DNA from: Candidatus Tenderia sp.
Lineage (GTDB): Bacteria > Pseudomonadota > Gammaproteobacteria > Tenderiales > Tenderiaceae
DNA: 64,000 nt
Direction of reading: 5' to 3'
Assembly (NCBI GenBank): GCA_031416075.1
Contig: JANOSY010000017.1
Span: forward strand, 135,388-199,387
Notes under the pieces: generated by a model
Told to the model about the DNA's origin: nothing
Database searches by the model: none
The model's input: the letters and a program-made list of their open reading frames with translations, nothing else
Translations under genes and position numbers: made by a program
Part shown: piece after piece, positions 41,778 to 52,449 of the stretch
How the letters are laid out: every line of letters begins with the position of its first letter
How positions within the stretch are numbered: the stretch's first letter is position 1

Positions 41778-42857
41778 ATGGCCGACACAGACCAAAATCT
41801 CAACCAGCGCACCTTTCTACCGGACTTTTGCAACATCCGCATTGTCTTTTCAATCGTGGTCATTGCCGAGTTGCTGGCCATCGTACTAACCTTGGCCAGC
41901 CCCGGCAGCCAGCAAGATCACTGGAGCTATCTAAGCCTCAGCTCCCTGTTTATTCAATGGATAGCACTGCTCTCCGCCGCCACCCTCTGTCTCTTGCGCC
42001 CCCTGCTGGCACGGCTGGAAGATAACCATACCGCCATCGCCGCGTATGGGCTGTTACTGCTGATCACCCTCCTCCTGAGCGAAGCGGCCTATTGGGTCAG
42101 CGACAACCTCGGTGCTGGCTCACTCAGCATCACCATGAATCACATGGAGTTCCTGGGTCGCAATCTGGCCATCTGCGCCATCACCAGCTTTATCACCCTG
42201 CGCTACTTCTATCTGCAACACCAGCTCACCCGCCGTATCGAGGCAGAAAACCAGTTTCGCCTTCAGGCACTCCAGGCCCGTATTCAGCCCCACTTCCTGT
42301 TTAACAGCCTCAATACCATCGCCAGCCTGATCCGCCGCCAACCGCGCCAGGCCGAAGAGGCCGTTGCCGATCTGGCCGATCTGTTCCGCCACACCCTCAG
42401 CGATACCACCGCCCGCGTGCCACTTACCGAGGAGTTGGAGATCACCCGCCGCTATCTGCAGATTGAACAGCTGCGCCTTGGCGAACGGCTGCGGGTGGAG
42501 TGGCAGATCGAGGCCCTGCCCAACGATGCCACCCTGCCATCACTGACACTGCAACCGCTGCTGGAGAACGCCGTCTACCACGGCATCGAAAAGCTGACAA
42601 ATGGCGGCACCATCAAGTGCCACGGCAGCTTTGATGGCAAACTGCTACGGTTCACCATCACCAACCCGGTGGCCAAGCATGATGAAAAAAACAGCCGCCC
42701 CAGCCTCAACATGGCGCTAGACAACATCAGCCAGCGCCTCCAGGCCCACTTTGAAGAGCAGGGGCGACTGACGGTGAGCCGCCCGGCTGGCCATTATCAG
42801 GTCGAGTTACAATTTCCCTATGTGTCACACCAAAACAGCGCAGCCACAGCCGTATGA
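41778..42857 (+). CDS. algZ: LytS-type sensor AlgZ/FimS
   Basis: [36 protein letters not shown]; argH-algZR-hemC synteny. Confidence 0.9.
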   Translation: MADTDQNLNQRTFLPDFCNIRIVFSIVVIAELLAIVLTLASPGSQQDHWSYLSLSSLFIQWIALLSAATLCLLRPLLARLEDNHTAIAAYGLLLLITLLLSEAAYWVSDNLGAGSLSITMNHMEFLGRNLAICAITSFITLRYFYLQHQLTRRIEAENQFRLQALQARIQPHFLFNSLNTIASLIRRQPRQAEEAVADLADLFRHTLSDTTARVPLTEELEITRRYLQIEQLRLGERLRVEWQIEALPNDATLPSLTLQPLLENAVYHGIEKLTNGGTIKCHGSFDGKLLRFTITNPVAKHDEKNSRPSLNMALDNISQRLQAHFEEQGRLTVSRPAGHYQVELQFPYVSHQNSAATAV

Positions 42858-43603
42858 AAATACTAATCGTAGATGACGAACCCCTGGCCCGCAGTCGGCT
42901 GCGTGACCTGCTTGACGACATCGGCAACCACCAGATCGTCGGCGAGGCTGGCAATGGCCGCGAGGCGTTGGCGCAAGTAGAGCAGCTGCGCCCCGATCTA
43001 GTGCTGCTCGACATCCGCATGCCCGAACTCAACGGCCTCGAGGTCGCCCTGCACCTGAGCCGTTTTGAAAACGCCCCCGCCGTCATCTTCACCACCGCCT
43101 ATGACGAACACGCGCTCAAGGCCTTTGAGGCCAACGCCATCGACTACCTGCTCAAACCAATCCGCAGCAGCCGGCTGGAACAATCCCTGGCTAAGGTTCA
43201 CCGCCCCATCCAGCGCCAGACCATTACCCAGGCAGACGGCGAACCCCAGGGACGGCAACACATCTGCGCCCACCATCGCGGCGGCCTCAAACTCATCCCC
43301 ATCAACGAAATCATCTACTTCCAGGCCGACAGCAAATATGTGTCGGTCTATTTTCAGGGCGGCGAGGTGCTGATCGACGATCCACTCAAAGAGCTGGAGC
43401 AGGAGTTCAGCCACTGTTTTACGCGCATCCACCGCAGCACCCTGGTGGCTAACACCTATATCGAAAGCCTCAGCCGTGACAGCCAGGGGCAGTGCTTGCT
43501 CAAACTCCGTGAAGTGGATACCCTCTTTGAGATCAGCCGCCGCCAGCTACCCCAGGTCCGCAAACTACTAGCCGCCATCGGCGGCATTGGCGCAGCGGAA
43601 TAG
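42854..43603 (+). CDS. algR: LytTR response regulator AlgR
   Basis: VDDEPLAR.RL receiver, YFQADSKY, RIHR. Confidence 0.92.
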   Translation: MKILIVDDEPLARSRLRDLLDDIGNHQIVGEAGNGREALAQVEQLRPDLVLLDIRMPELNGLEVALHLSRFENAPAVIFTTAYDEHALKAFEANAIDYLLKPIRSSRLEQSLAKVHRPIQRQTITQADGEPQGRQHICAHHRGGLKLIPINEIIYFQADSKYVSVYFQGGEVLIDDPLKELEQEFSHCFTRIHRSTLVANTYIESLSRDSQGQCLLKLREVDTLFEISRRQLPQVRKLLAAIGGIGAAE

Positions 43604-43632
43604 CTTAAAAGCCCTGATTTAATCCGTTTTCC

Positions 43633-43649
43633 TGTCGATAAAATTTACA
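43633..43649. promoter_or_regulatory. PEP-CTERM box (putative PrsR enhancer)
   Basis: TGTCGATAAAATTTACA = TGT-N11-ACA, about 70 bp upstream of a sigma-54 motif in front of a PEP-CTERM gene. Confidence 0.7.
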
Positions 43650-43720
43650 GCACTGTCCCTACCACTGCTCAGTCCACATAAAAAACCAATTTAATCAATC
43701 AAGTAGCCGTCCAAAAAAGA

Positions 43721-43735
43721 TGGCTCACAACTTGC
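43721..43735 (+). promoter_or_regulatory. Sigma-54 promoter
   Basis: TGGCTCACAACTTGC (GG-N10-GC). Confidence 0.75.
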
Positions 43736-43783
43736 TCATGCCTACCTTGGGGACTAATTTAAGCATTACGGGAGAGCACAAAC

Positions 43784-44725
43784 ATGAATCTGGAGTTTTT
43801 TCCAAAAAGACCACTTGTCATACTCATCACCAGTATCGGACTACTCGGCACCCTGCCCGCCCATGCCACCGTCATTGACGGCCTGACGGCGCAGACATCG
43901 GCCCAGGTAGGCACCAACGCAGCCGTCACCAACGGCCCTAATATGGGGACTACCACAACATCGGCCTTCTCAAACGACAACGATACCCAATCCCAGGCAA
44001 ACGCCAGCTCATTTGGCTACGCCGTTGGCCCCTACGGCGCGGGCGGCAACGGTAGCGGCGTATTTGATGCCACAGGTAGATTTACACGCCAGTGGGATAT
44101 CACCAACAACAGCGGCATCGCACAAAACTACAGCTTTAATTTCTTTATCTACTACGGCGGCATGTCTGCCAGCGACAACAGCGCTGGTGGTAGCGGTTAT
44201 GCCGAGTACGAGGCCAAAATCCTGCGTGATGGCGTCACCACACTCTTCAGCAGTGCCGCCAAAATCACCAGCGGCGGCACACTCACCACCAGCGGCACCA
44301 CGCTCACCGGGGCCACGCAGTCTGGCACCAGCTACAGCTGGGGTGGCACCTACTTTACCGTCGACCTAGGTGTACTCAACCCTGGAGACTTCACCTTTGT
44401 GCAATATGACCTGGTCGGCCACGCCTTTGGAGACTACGGCTTCACCACCTACGACTGTGGCGGTGGCGGTGACAATGGCGGCTACGGTGACGCTGGTGAT
44501 GGAGACCTCATCCGCCTCATGGCCACAGTCGACACCCCTGGTACTGGCCAACAATGCACGCGCACAGGCAACTCTCACGCCTTCCTGGGTGATCCCAACA
44601 CCCTCAATACCACCCCCATCGCTGGCATTGGCGTAACCTCTCAGGCGGTACCCGAACCGGCCATGCTGGGCCTGATGGGAATAGGTCTGGCGGCCTTTGG
44701 ATTGCGTCGCCGTCCACGTAGCTAA
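43784..44725 (+). CDS. PEP-CTERM sorting domain protein
   Basis: Signal peptide, Ser/Thr/Gly-rich body, C-terminal VPEPAMLGLMGIGLAAFGLRRR. Confidence 0.95.
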   Translation: MNLEFFPKRPLVILITSIGLLGTLPAHATVIDGLTAQTSAQVGTNAAVTNGPNMGTTTTSAFSNDNDTQSQANASSFGYAVGPYGAGGNGSGVFDATGRFTRQWDITNNSGIAQNYSFNFFIYYGGMSASDNSAGGSGYAEYEAKILRDGVTTLFSSAAKITSGGTLTTSGTTLTGATQSGTSYSWGGTYFTVDLGVLNPGDFTFVQYDLVGHAFGDYGFTTYDCGGGGDNGGYGDAGDGDLIRLMATVDTPGTGQQCTRTGNSHAFLGDPNTLNTTPIAGIGVTSQAVPEPAMLGLMGIGLAAFGLRRRPRS

Positions 44726-44744
44726 CCCGCCGCAGTTTTTTACC

Positions 44745-44770
44745 ACGGGCGCCCTGGCGCCCGTTTTTTT
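44745..44770 (+). terminator. Intrinsic terminator after PEP-CTERM gene
   Basis: ACGGGCGCC-CT-GGCGCCCGT followed by a T run. Confidence 0.75.
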
Positions 44771-44790
44771 ACCCGTAAAAAAGGAACCGC

Positions 44791-46032
44791 ATGGCCACCA
44801 TTGTATTCAACTGGGAACTGGGGACTGATCTGGGCCACATCAACCGACTGCTACCCATTGCGCTGCGCCTGCAGGAGATAGGGCACCAACCTGTCATGCT
44901 GCTACGCGACATCAGCCGTGCTGACGCCATCCTGAGCCAACATCAGCTGGCGTTTTTGCAAGCGCCTGTCTGGCTGACTCCCGTCCATGGATTGCCGCCC
45001 GACATCAACTTCACCGAAACACTGTACCGTTTTGGCTATCTCCATCCCGACGGCCTGTTATCCATGGCCAAGGCGTGGCGCACCCTGTGGGCGCTGCTCA
45101 ACCCCGCGCTCCTCATCTTTGAGCACGCCCCCACCGCCCTGCTTGCCGCGCGCGGCCTCTCCATTCCACGGATAATCATCGGCAACAGCTTTAGCATCCC
45201 CCCTGCGGAACGACCGCTGCCACGCTTTCGGTGGTGGACAAGCGGCGTCGGCGAACTGCCGCGCCTCGAAGAGACCGAGACCCGCGCCACAAAAAATAGC
45301 AATACCGCGCTAACAACGCTGGGTGCGCCACCCATCAGCCAGATCTCCGATCTGTTCCAGGCAGAGGCCGTTCACATCTGCGGCAGCCCCCAGCTTGATG
45401 CCTATGGCCCACGCACCTCTTGTGATTATATCGGCCCCATCCACCCCACCGCACTGGGAGCCACGCCACGCTGGCCGCTGAGCGATGGCCCCACGGTGTT
45501 CGCTTACATCAAACCACGCTATCCACATTTGGAGGCGCTGCTCCAGGCGATTGCCAACAGCAATGCGCGTTACCTCATTGTGGCTCCCGGCATCCCCGAA
45601 GCACTGGTGCGCCGCTACCAGAAGGGGCACGTTCTATTCAGCACGACGTTAGTACGGATGGATGAGGTGGTTAAACAGTGCCAGCTTGTCATCTGCCATG
45701 CCGGCGGCGGCATGACTGACATCGCCCTCAATGCGGGCAAGCCCCTGCTCCTGCTACCCACCCAGATGGAGCAGACCATGACCAGCCGCCGGGTAGAGGC
45801 GTTGGGCGCCGGACTCTTTTTACCACCAGAAGGTAACCCCGGCCTGCTGCCAAAACTGATCAGGCAGATGTTGGAACAGCCCTCCTTCGGCCACCGCGCC
45901 ACCGAATATGCCGCCAGCCTGGCCAATACCGATCCATCGGCGGCCATCGAGAGAGTGATCGACAGCTGCAAAAAACTGCTGACCATGCCACCCCCGTCAA
46001 CTGACAAGCCAGACAGGCCAACACCGCGATAA
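44791..46032 (+). CDS. GT-B glycosyltransferase (GT1/UDP-glycosyltransferase-like)
   Basis: WELGTDLGH, ICHAGGG, GKPLLLLPTQMEQ. Confidence 0.85.
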   Translation: MATIVFNWELGTDLGHINRLLPIALRLQEIGHQPVMLLRDISRADAILSQHQLAFLQAPVWLTPVHGLPPDINFTETLYRFGYLHPDGLLSMAKAWRTLWALLNPALLIFEHAPTALLAARGLSIPRIIIGNSFSIPPAERPLPRFRWWTSGVGELPRLEETETRATKNSNTALTTLGAPPISQISDLFQAEAVHICGSPQLDAYGPRTSCDYIGPIHPTALGATPRWPLSDGPTVFAYIKPRYPHLEALLQAIANSNARYLIVAPGIPEALVRRYQKGHVLFSTTLVRMDEVVKQCQLVICHAGGGMTDIALNAGKPLLLLPTQMEQTMTSRRVEALGAGLFLPPEGNPGLLPKLIRQMLEQPSFGHRATEYAASLANTDPSAAIERVIDSCKKLLTMPPPSTDKPDRPTPR

Positions 46033-46092
46033 TTTGCTTCAAAACGGCCCAAGCCGTAGCATAGGCACTCCGCTGTAAACTAAAGAACAATC

Positions 46093-47025
46093 ATGTCAAA
46101 AGAGACTATTCGCATCGCAACCCGCAAGAGCCCACTCGCCATGTGGCAGGCTGAGTATGTTCGTGACCGCCTGCTGGAGGCCCACCCCGGCCTGCAGGTA
46201 GAGCTGCTGGGCATGACCACCCAAGGGGATAAAATCCTCGATTCCCCATTGGCCAAAATCGGCGGTAAGGGGCTGTTTGTCAAAGAGTTAGAGGTGAGTA
46301 TGCTGGAGGGTGAGAGTGATATCGCCGTACACTCCATGAAGGATGTACCGGTGGCCTTTCCTGACGGCCTGCATCTGGCGGTCATCTGCGAACGCGAAGA
46401 TCCACGGGACGCCTTTGTCTCCAATCGATTTGCCACTCTGACCGATCTGCCCCAAGGTGCCCGTGTTGGCACCTCCAGCCTGCGCCGCCAGTGCCAGATT
46501 CGTGCCCTGCGCCCGGACCTGAAGATTCTCGACCTGCGCGGCAACGTCAACAGCCGTCTTCGCAAGCTTGATGATGACGAATACGACGCCATCATCCTCG
46601 CCGCCGCCGGACTGATCCGCCTCGGCTTTCATGACCGCATCACCCAGTTCATCGATACCGATACCAGCCTGCCCGCCATCGGCCAGGGGGCGGTTGGCAT
46701 TGAGTGTCGCAGCGGTGATGCCCGCATCAACGCCCTGCTGGCGCCACTCAACCACCGCCCCACCCAGATCCGGGTACTGGCGGAGCGGGCCATGAACAAC
46801 CGCCTTGAGGGGGGCTGCCAGGTCCCTATCGGCGGCCATGCCACCCTGAATGGGGATGCCATCCACCTGCGCGGGCTGGTCGGCGAGCCTGACGGCAGCA
46901 AGATCATCAGCGGCGAAGTGCGCGGCCTTGCCAGCGACGCGGAGGCCTTGGGCATCAAACTGGCCGACGACCTGCTCAGCCGGGGTGCCGCCACCATTCT
47001 TAACAAGCTGTACGGCAAAGGCTGA
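46093..47025 (+). CDS. hemC: Hydroxymethylbilane synthase
   Basis: [44 protein letters not shown]. Confidence 0.99.
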   Translation: MSKETIRIATRKSPLAMWQAEYVRDRLLEAHPGLQVELLGMTTQGDKILDSPLAKIGGKGLFVKELEVSMLEGESDIAVHSMKDVPVAFPDGLHLAVICEREDPRDAFVSNRFATLTDLPQGARVGTSSLRRQCQIRALRPDLKILDLRGNVNSRLRKLDDDEYDAIILAAAGLIRLGFHDRITQFIDTDTSLPAIGQGAVGIECRSGDARINALLAPLNHRPTQIRVLAERAMNNRLEGGCQVPIGGHATLNGDAIHLRGLVGEPDGSKIISGEVRGLASDAEALGIKLADDLLSRGAATILNKLYGKG

Positions 47026-47106
47026 CGCAAACATGTGCGAGTGGAGTATGGTGGCAGGGTCAGCAACTGCAAGAGAGAGGCACTCTCCGCGGCCGTTGCC
47101 CTCTGT

Positions 47107-47871
47107 ATGACTGAACCGCAGCCACTGACGGCAACCACCATTGTGGTCACACGTCCGGCCCATCAGGCCGGGCCGCTGTGTCGATTAATAGAAGCCCAGG
47201 GGGGCAGAGCCATTACCTTTCCGGCATTGGAGATCAGCGCAACCGACTCGCCACAACCGCTGCTACAGCGGCTGCAGCAGTTCGACATGGCCATCTTTAT
47301 CAGCGCCAACGCGGTGGAGTATGCCACTGCCCACATCTCCGAAATACCGCCTGCACTGACACTGGCTGCCGTTGGCAAGCAGACCGCGGCCCTGCTCAGA
47401 CACCATTACCGACACGCCATACTCACTCCCGCCACACAGGCCGACAGTGAGTCGCTGCTGGCACTGCCGACGCTGCAACAGGTAACGGGGAAACAGATCC
47501 TAATTGTACGGGGCGAGGGGGGGCGCGAGCTGCTGGCGGAGACCCTGGCACAGCGGGGGGCCCACGTCGAGTATGCGGAGGTCTACCGTCGTGCCCGCCC
47601 TGACGGCAATCTGACCTCACTCCAAACCCAACAGCCTATTGATCTGCTCACGGCCACCAGCAATGCCAGCCTGCAAAACCTGTACGATATGGCCACCGTG
47701 CCACAACGTGGCTGGTTGCTGCAGCTGCCGCTGATTGTGATTGGCCAGCGCTGCGCGACACTGGCGGCCCAGCTCGGCTTTCGCCATCCGGCCACTGCGG
47801 CCCATGACGCCAGCGATGCGGGACTGTTACAGGCCATGCTCCGCTGGCGTCACCACCACCCGATTCATTGA
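47107..47871 (+). CDS. hemD: Uroporphyrinogen-III synthase
   Basis: VVTRP, FISANAV, DSESLL, RGEGGRELL, EVYRR. Confidence 0.95.
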   Translation: MTEPQPLTATTIVVTRPAHQAGPLCRLIEAQGGRAITFPALEISATDSPQPLLQRLQQFDMAIFISANAVEYATAHISEIPPALTLAAVGKQTAALLRHHYRHAILTPATQADSESLLALPTLQQVTGKQILIVRGEGGRELLAETLAQRGAHVEYAEVYRRARPDGNLTSLQTQQPIDLLTATSNASLQNLYDMATVPQRGWLLQLPLIVIGQRCATLAAQLGFRHPATAAHDASDAGLLQAMLRWRHHHPIH

Positions 47872-47899
47872 TGATACTTTTTGCTGCAAGGACTACGTT

Positions 47900-49108
47900 A
47901 TGACCGATGTCACCGAAAAGAGCGCACCTGCCACCCCAGAGCAGCCCCCCCAGGAGAGTGCCTCCAGCGCCCCGATCGCCACCACTGAGGCGACGCCCAA
48001 GCCTGCGGAAAAGGCCAAAGCAGCGGCTGAGCCCCTCAGAGCCAAACCAGTTGACGAGACGACCCGCACCAAAAAAGGGGGTGGAACCGCTATCGCCGTC
48101 GTGGCTTTGATCTTGGTAATTGGTGCCGCAGCCGCCGGTTACGGCGGCTGGCATAAACTTCAGCAACAGCAGCAGTCACTGGAGCAGCGGCTGGCCGCCG
48201 AAGAGCAGGCCGTTTCGGGGATCCGCTCCGCCAGTCAGTCCGATACCCAGACGTTGCAGCAGCAGATCAGCAGCCTCAACGAGGCGATGAACGCCGCCAC
48301 GCAACACGACACCCTGCTTGACGAACGGCTGACCGACATCGACAAACGCCTTGAGGAGCGCCGCAGCAATACCTGGATGGTCTCTGAGGCCCGTTATCTC
48401 ATCAACATCGCCAGCTACCAGACCCAGCTCAACTACAACATCAAAACCGCACTGGTGGCCCTGGAGGGTGCTGACCACCGGCTCCGGGATCTCGACGATC
48501 CATCCCTGCTCAAGGCCCGTCAGATTGTTACCGACAACATTGCCTCCTTGCGGGCAGTCACCCCCGTTGATCTCCCCGGCATCGCCCTATTACTGAGTCA
48601 ACTGGAACAGCAGGTCACCACCCTGCCACTGCTCGATCAGGATGCTCCGCCAGCGACTGCCACCGGCGCTACGACCGACACTGCCGAGGTATCAGGTCCA
48701 GAACGTTTTCTGAATAAAATATGGAATGATATCAAGGGGCTGGTGGTTGTCCGCCACAACAGCGGGGCGAAGGGTGATGCTGTCTCCACCCCGGATCAAC
48801 GCATCTACCTGCAACAGAACCTGCGCCTGAAGCTGGAGGTCGCTCGCCTGGTCCTGCTGCAACGTGATACCCGAACGTTCCATGACACCATCGCCACCAT
48901 TCAGGTATGGCTGAACCGCTATTACGATATCAACGCCAGCAGCACCGACGCGATGCTGAGCAGTCTGACACCACTGGCAACGCTGGAGCTGCAACCAGCA
49001 CTGCCGGACCTGAGCGGCGCGCTGCATCTGCTCGATAGCTGGCAGGAGCTGCATAAGAGCAACACCAAGGTTGAGACTCCACAGCAGAAGGAGCCAACCT
49101 CTCTATGA
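47900..49108 (+). CDS. hemX: HemX protein
   Basis: N-terminal TM, coiled coil, W.VSEARYL, LQQNLRLKL; hemCDXY synteny. Confidence 0.9.
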   Translation: MTDVTEKSAPATPEQPPQESASSAPIATTEATPKPAEKAKAAAEPLRAKPVDETTRTKKGGGTAIAVVALILVIGAAAAGYGGWHKLQQQQQSLEQRLAAEEQAVSGIRSASQSDTQTLQQQISSLNEAMNAATQHDTLLDERLTDIDKRLEERRSNTWMVSEARYLINIASYQTQLNYNIKTALVALEGADHRLRDLDDPSLLKARQIVTDNIASLRAVTPVDLPGIALLLSQLEQQVTTLPLLDQDAPPATATGATTDTAEVSGPERFLNKIWNDIKGLVVVRHNSGAKGDAVSTPDQRIYLQQNLRLKLEVARLVLLQRDTRTFHDTIATIQVWLNRYYDINASSTDAMLSSLTPLATLELQPALPDLSGALHLLDSWQELHKSNTKVETPQQKEPTSL

Positions 49109-50382
49109 AATTCATCCTCTACACACTGCTCGTATTACTCGCCATTATCGGTCTGGCCTACTCGGCCCAGCAGGATCCGGGTTACCTCATGGTCACGCTA
49201 CACGGCTGGAGCATAGAGACCAGCGCCACCTTTGGTGTCGTGGTCATGTTGCTTGCCTTTCTCTGTTTCTATCTTGTACTGCGACTGATCAACTTCACCC
49301 TGCAGCTACCGCGTCGGCTACGCCGTTGGCGTAAATTGCGCGCCGCCCAGAACAGTCGCAAACAGCTGATTCAGGGCATGATGCAGCTCACCCTTGGGCA
49401 GTGGTTCAAGGCTGAAAAGTCACTGCTTAAATCGGCCCAGCACGACGATCTGGCGGTCCTTGCCTACATGGGGGCGGCCCGCGCCGCGCAAGGACTCAAG
49501 GTCAAAAACCGTCGTGACGGCTACCTGTTGCTGGCAAAAGACAGATCGCCCAACAATACCCTGGCCCTGGCCCTGGCCCTCACCCAGGCCCAGCTTGAAG
49601 CGGAGGATGGCCACCCCGAACAGTCTGTCGCCACCCTCAACCGGCTCCCGCTCAACCACCGCAACAACGGTTATGCCCTGGGCATACTGGCGGGCTACTA
49701 TGCGGAACTCAAAGAGTGGCCAACCCTGGTTGAGCTGCTACCACGCTTGCGCCGTCATGACGCACTGCCACTCAGCCAATATTACGAGTGCGAACATCAG
49801 GCCTATTCAGGGCTGATCAATCAACTGGCAAAAAAAAATGACGGCACCACCCTCTGGCGGCTCTGGGATGAGCTACCCTCCCGGCTGCAGGAGCGCGAAG
49901 ATATTGTTGCCGACTACAGCTGTGCCATGATCAACCTCGGTTACGCCGATGAGATCGAAGAGCTGCTCTACCGCCATATCAATAAAAAATGGAGTGACTT
50001 CCTCGTTTATCTCTATGGTCTGATGGATGGCAAGGCCGACATCCACCTCAGCCGTGCCAAGAACTGGCTCAAAACCCACCAGGGCAGCGCCGTTTTACAC
50101 CTCACCCTTGGTCGGCTTGCGGTGCGGGCACAGCAGTGGAAAAATGCCCGCTATTATCTGGAGACTAGTTTGAAGATCAGCGCCAGCGCCGAGACCTATC
50201 AGGAGTTAGGCAATCTGCTATCACACATCAGCGAGCCAAAACTCGCCCTTGAGTGTTATCGTCGAGGGTTGGCGCTGTCAGACAACCGACTAGTCAGGCG
50301 TGAGGTTAAAACCGGTGTGGTTGAACGACCTGGCTTGCCAACATCAAAAACAGACACCGCGATGGTGACGGCAGAGGCCTAA
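49105..50382 (+). CDS. hemY: HemY-N/TPR heme biosynthesis-associated protein
   Basis: DPGYLMV, IETS, AARAA, TPR-like C-terminus. Confidence 0.9.
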   Translation: MKFILYTLLVLLAIIGLAYSAQQDPGYLMVTLHGWSIETSATFGVVVMLLAFLCFYLVLRLINFTLQLPRRLRRWRKLRAAQNSRKQLIQGMMQLTLGQWFKAEKSLLKSAQHDDLAVLAYMGAARAAQGLKVKNRRDGYLLLAKDRSPNNTLALALALTQAQLEAEDGHPEQSVATLNRLPLNHRNNGYALGILAGYYAELKEWPTLVELLPRLRRHDALPLSQYYECEHQAYSGLINQLAKKNDGTTLWRLWDELPSRLQEREDIVADYSCAMINLGYADEIEELLYRHINKKWSDFLVYLYGLMDGKADIHLSRAKNWLKTHQGSAVLHLTLGRLAVRAQQWKNARYYLETSLKISASAETYQELGNLLSHISEPKLALECYRRGLALSDNRLVRREVKTGVVERPGLPTSKTDTAMVTAEA

Positions 50383-50455
50383 TAGCAACAACGGCTGCGG
50401 CAACCACAACGCCGCAGCCATAAACCGTCTCACCAGACTCTTACCAACAGACGTG

Positions 50456-51466
50456 TTACTGGCTGGCAAACTCAAAACTATCAAAATAGAACTGCTCACC
50501 CGGCAAACCGCGTGAGCGTGCCCCTTGGCGCATCGCCTCCACCATGCTCGGCGGACCGCTGGTGTAGAGGTCATAACCACTCAGATCAGCAAAGTCATCC
50601 AGTACCACCTGATGTACCCAACCGTTGCGACCACGCCACTGATCTTCAGGCTTGGCATCGGAGAGCACCGGAATATAGTGAAAATTGTCCCGCTCGCCCC
50701 AGGCGCTGGGCAGGGCATTCAGGTAGAGGTCACTCTGCGTCCGAACCCCCCAATAGAAATAGATCGTCCGTGTCAGTTCGCTCTGGATAAAGTGTTCAAC
50801 CATGCCCTTGATCGGTGCAAACCCAGTCCCCCCGGCCACACAGATGATCGGGCGCGGCGACTTTTCGCGCAGATAAAAACCACCAAAGGGGCCCTCAATG
50901 CGGAGGATCTCCTTCTCTTTCATGCTGTTAAACACATAGCTGGAAAATGTACCACGCTCCACCAGCCGGATATGCAGCTCAACAAACTGATCATCATGGG
51001 GGGCATTAGCAATGGAAAAACTACGCCGACGCCCATCCGCCAGCAGGATATCGATGTACTGCCCAGCCAAAAACTGCATTCGCTCACTGTCGGGTAACTT
51101 CAGGTAGAGCCGCATCACATCATTGCCCAACCGCTCCAGCTTCACCACCCGCGCCGGCATTTTGCGGATGGGCACCTCCTGGCTGCTGCTGACCTCATGA
51201 ATCTCCAGCACCAGATCGCTACAGGCCCGTGCCTGGCAGCAGACGGTCTGACCAATCGCCTCCTCCACAGGACTGAGCGCCCCCGGACGACCATCCGGAT
51301 ACACCACCTGACCGGTCACAATTTTGCCTTTGCAGGCACCACAGATGCCGTTGCGGCAACCATACGGGATGGATAGACCGTGGCGCAGGGCCGCATCCAG
51401 GATCACCTCATCAGCCTCCGCCGTCACACAATGGCCACTTGGTTGAATTATGATTTGGTAACTCAT
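50456..51466 (-). CDS. 2Fe-2S/FAD/NAD oxidoreductase (CDP-6-deoxy-delta-3,4-glucoseen reductase family)
   Basis: PYGCRNGICGAC, RSFSIAN, AGGTGFAP, GPPSMV. Confidence 0.92.
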   Translation of the reverse strand: MSYQIIIQPSGHCVTAEADEVILDAALRHGLSIPYGCRNGICGACKGKIVTGQVVYPDGRPGALSPVEEAIGQTVCCQARACSDLVLEIHEVSSSQEVPIRKMPARVVKLERLGNDVMRLYLKLPDSERMQFLAGQYIDILLADGRRRSFSIANAPHDDQFVELHIRLVERGTFSSYVFNSMKEKEILRIEGPFGGFYLREKSPRPIICVAGGTGFAPIKGMVEHFIQSELTRTIYFYWGVRTQSDLYLNALPSAWGERDNFHYIPVLSDAKPEDQWRGRNGWVHQVVLDDFADLSGYDLYTSGPPSMVEAMRQGARSRGLPGEQFYFDSFEFASQ

Positions 51467-51515
51467 ACTACTCCCCTATATCCTTATCCCATCTCTCACC
51501 AAAGAACGATTCTCC

Positions 51516-52403
51516 ATGATTTCCAATTCAAGCAAAACCCTGAACCCTATTTTTATTATCGGCGGCGGCGATATTGGCTGCCGTATAGCCCAGTTGTGGC
51601 ATCAGTGCGGGGCTGCCGTCACGACCCTTGGCCGCCGCAGTACGCCGTGTGGCGGCACGACTAACCATCTCCGCGCCGATCTGGATCAACCCGCCACACT
51701 AACGGCACTGCCCACAGCAGGAGCCATGCTCTACATCACCACCCCACCACCGCCGCAAGGTGACCGTGATCCACGCATAGAGAACCTGTTGGCGGCAATC
51801 GATCCTAGCGCTTTACCAAAGCGTATCATCTACATCAGCACCAGTGGCGTCTACGGCGACTGCCATGGCGACTGGGTGGATGAGCACCATCCGACCCAGC
51901 CACAGGCGGCACGTTCAAAGCGGCGGCTAGCGGCTGAGCAGGCGCTGACCGAGTGGGCCAAGAGACATGCCGTCGCCACCACTCTGTTACGGGTCGGTGG
52001 CATCTACGGCCCTGGGCGGCTACCTCTGGAGCGGCTGCGTCAAGGAATGGACATCCTCAAACAAGAGCTCGCCCCCTACAGCAACCGCATTCACGCCGAT
52101 GATCTGGCGCGGATCTGTGTGGCAGCCGCCCAGCCACCGGAGCAACATGCGCTCTACAACGTCAGCGACGGCCACCCCACCACCATGAGCGACTACTTTA
52201 TCCACGTTGCCCGCGCCGCCCAGCTACCCGCACCCAACGAGATCGACTGGCAGACCGCAGAGCAGACCTTATCCGCGGAGATGCTCTCCTACCTGCATGA
52301 GTCCAAACGGCTCGACAACCGTAAAATGTTACAGGCGCTGGGGGTGACTCTGGACTATCCCACATTAGCAGAGGGTTTAAAGGCGTGTGGCCTACCGGCC
52401 TGA
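51516..52403 (+). CDS. NAD-dependent epimerase/dehydratase (atypical SDR)
   Basis: GGGDIG, YISTSGVYGD, GIYGPGR, NRIHADDL. Confidence 0.9.
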   Translation: MISNSSKTLNPIFIIGGGDIGCRIAQLWHQCGAAVTTLGRRSTPCGGTTNHLRADLDQPATLTALPTAGAMLYITTPPPPQGDRDPRIENLLAAIDPSALPKRIIYISTSGVYGDCHGDWVDEHHPTQPQAARSKRRLAAEQALTEWAKRHAVATTLLRVGGIYGPGRLPLERLRQGMDILKQELAPYSNRIHADDLARICVAAAQPPEQHALYNVSDGHPTTMSDYFIHVARAAQLPAPNEIDWQTAEQTLSAEMLSYLHESKRLDNRKMLQALGVTLDYPTLAEGLKACGLPA

Positions 52404-52449
52404 GGCGCTATACTGACACCCCCGCAAATCATCAAACCAAGGATTACCC

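Noticed and set aside
46288-47163. Long antisense ORFs (this 291-aa one, 2062-2805, 56210-56881, 58319-59050 and others)
   Set aside because: Shadow frames of GC-rich core genes.
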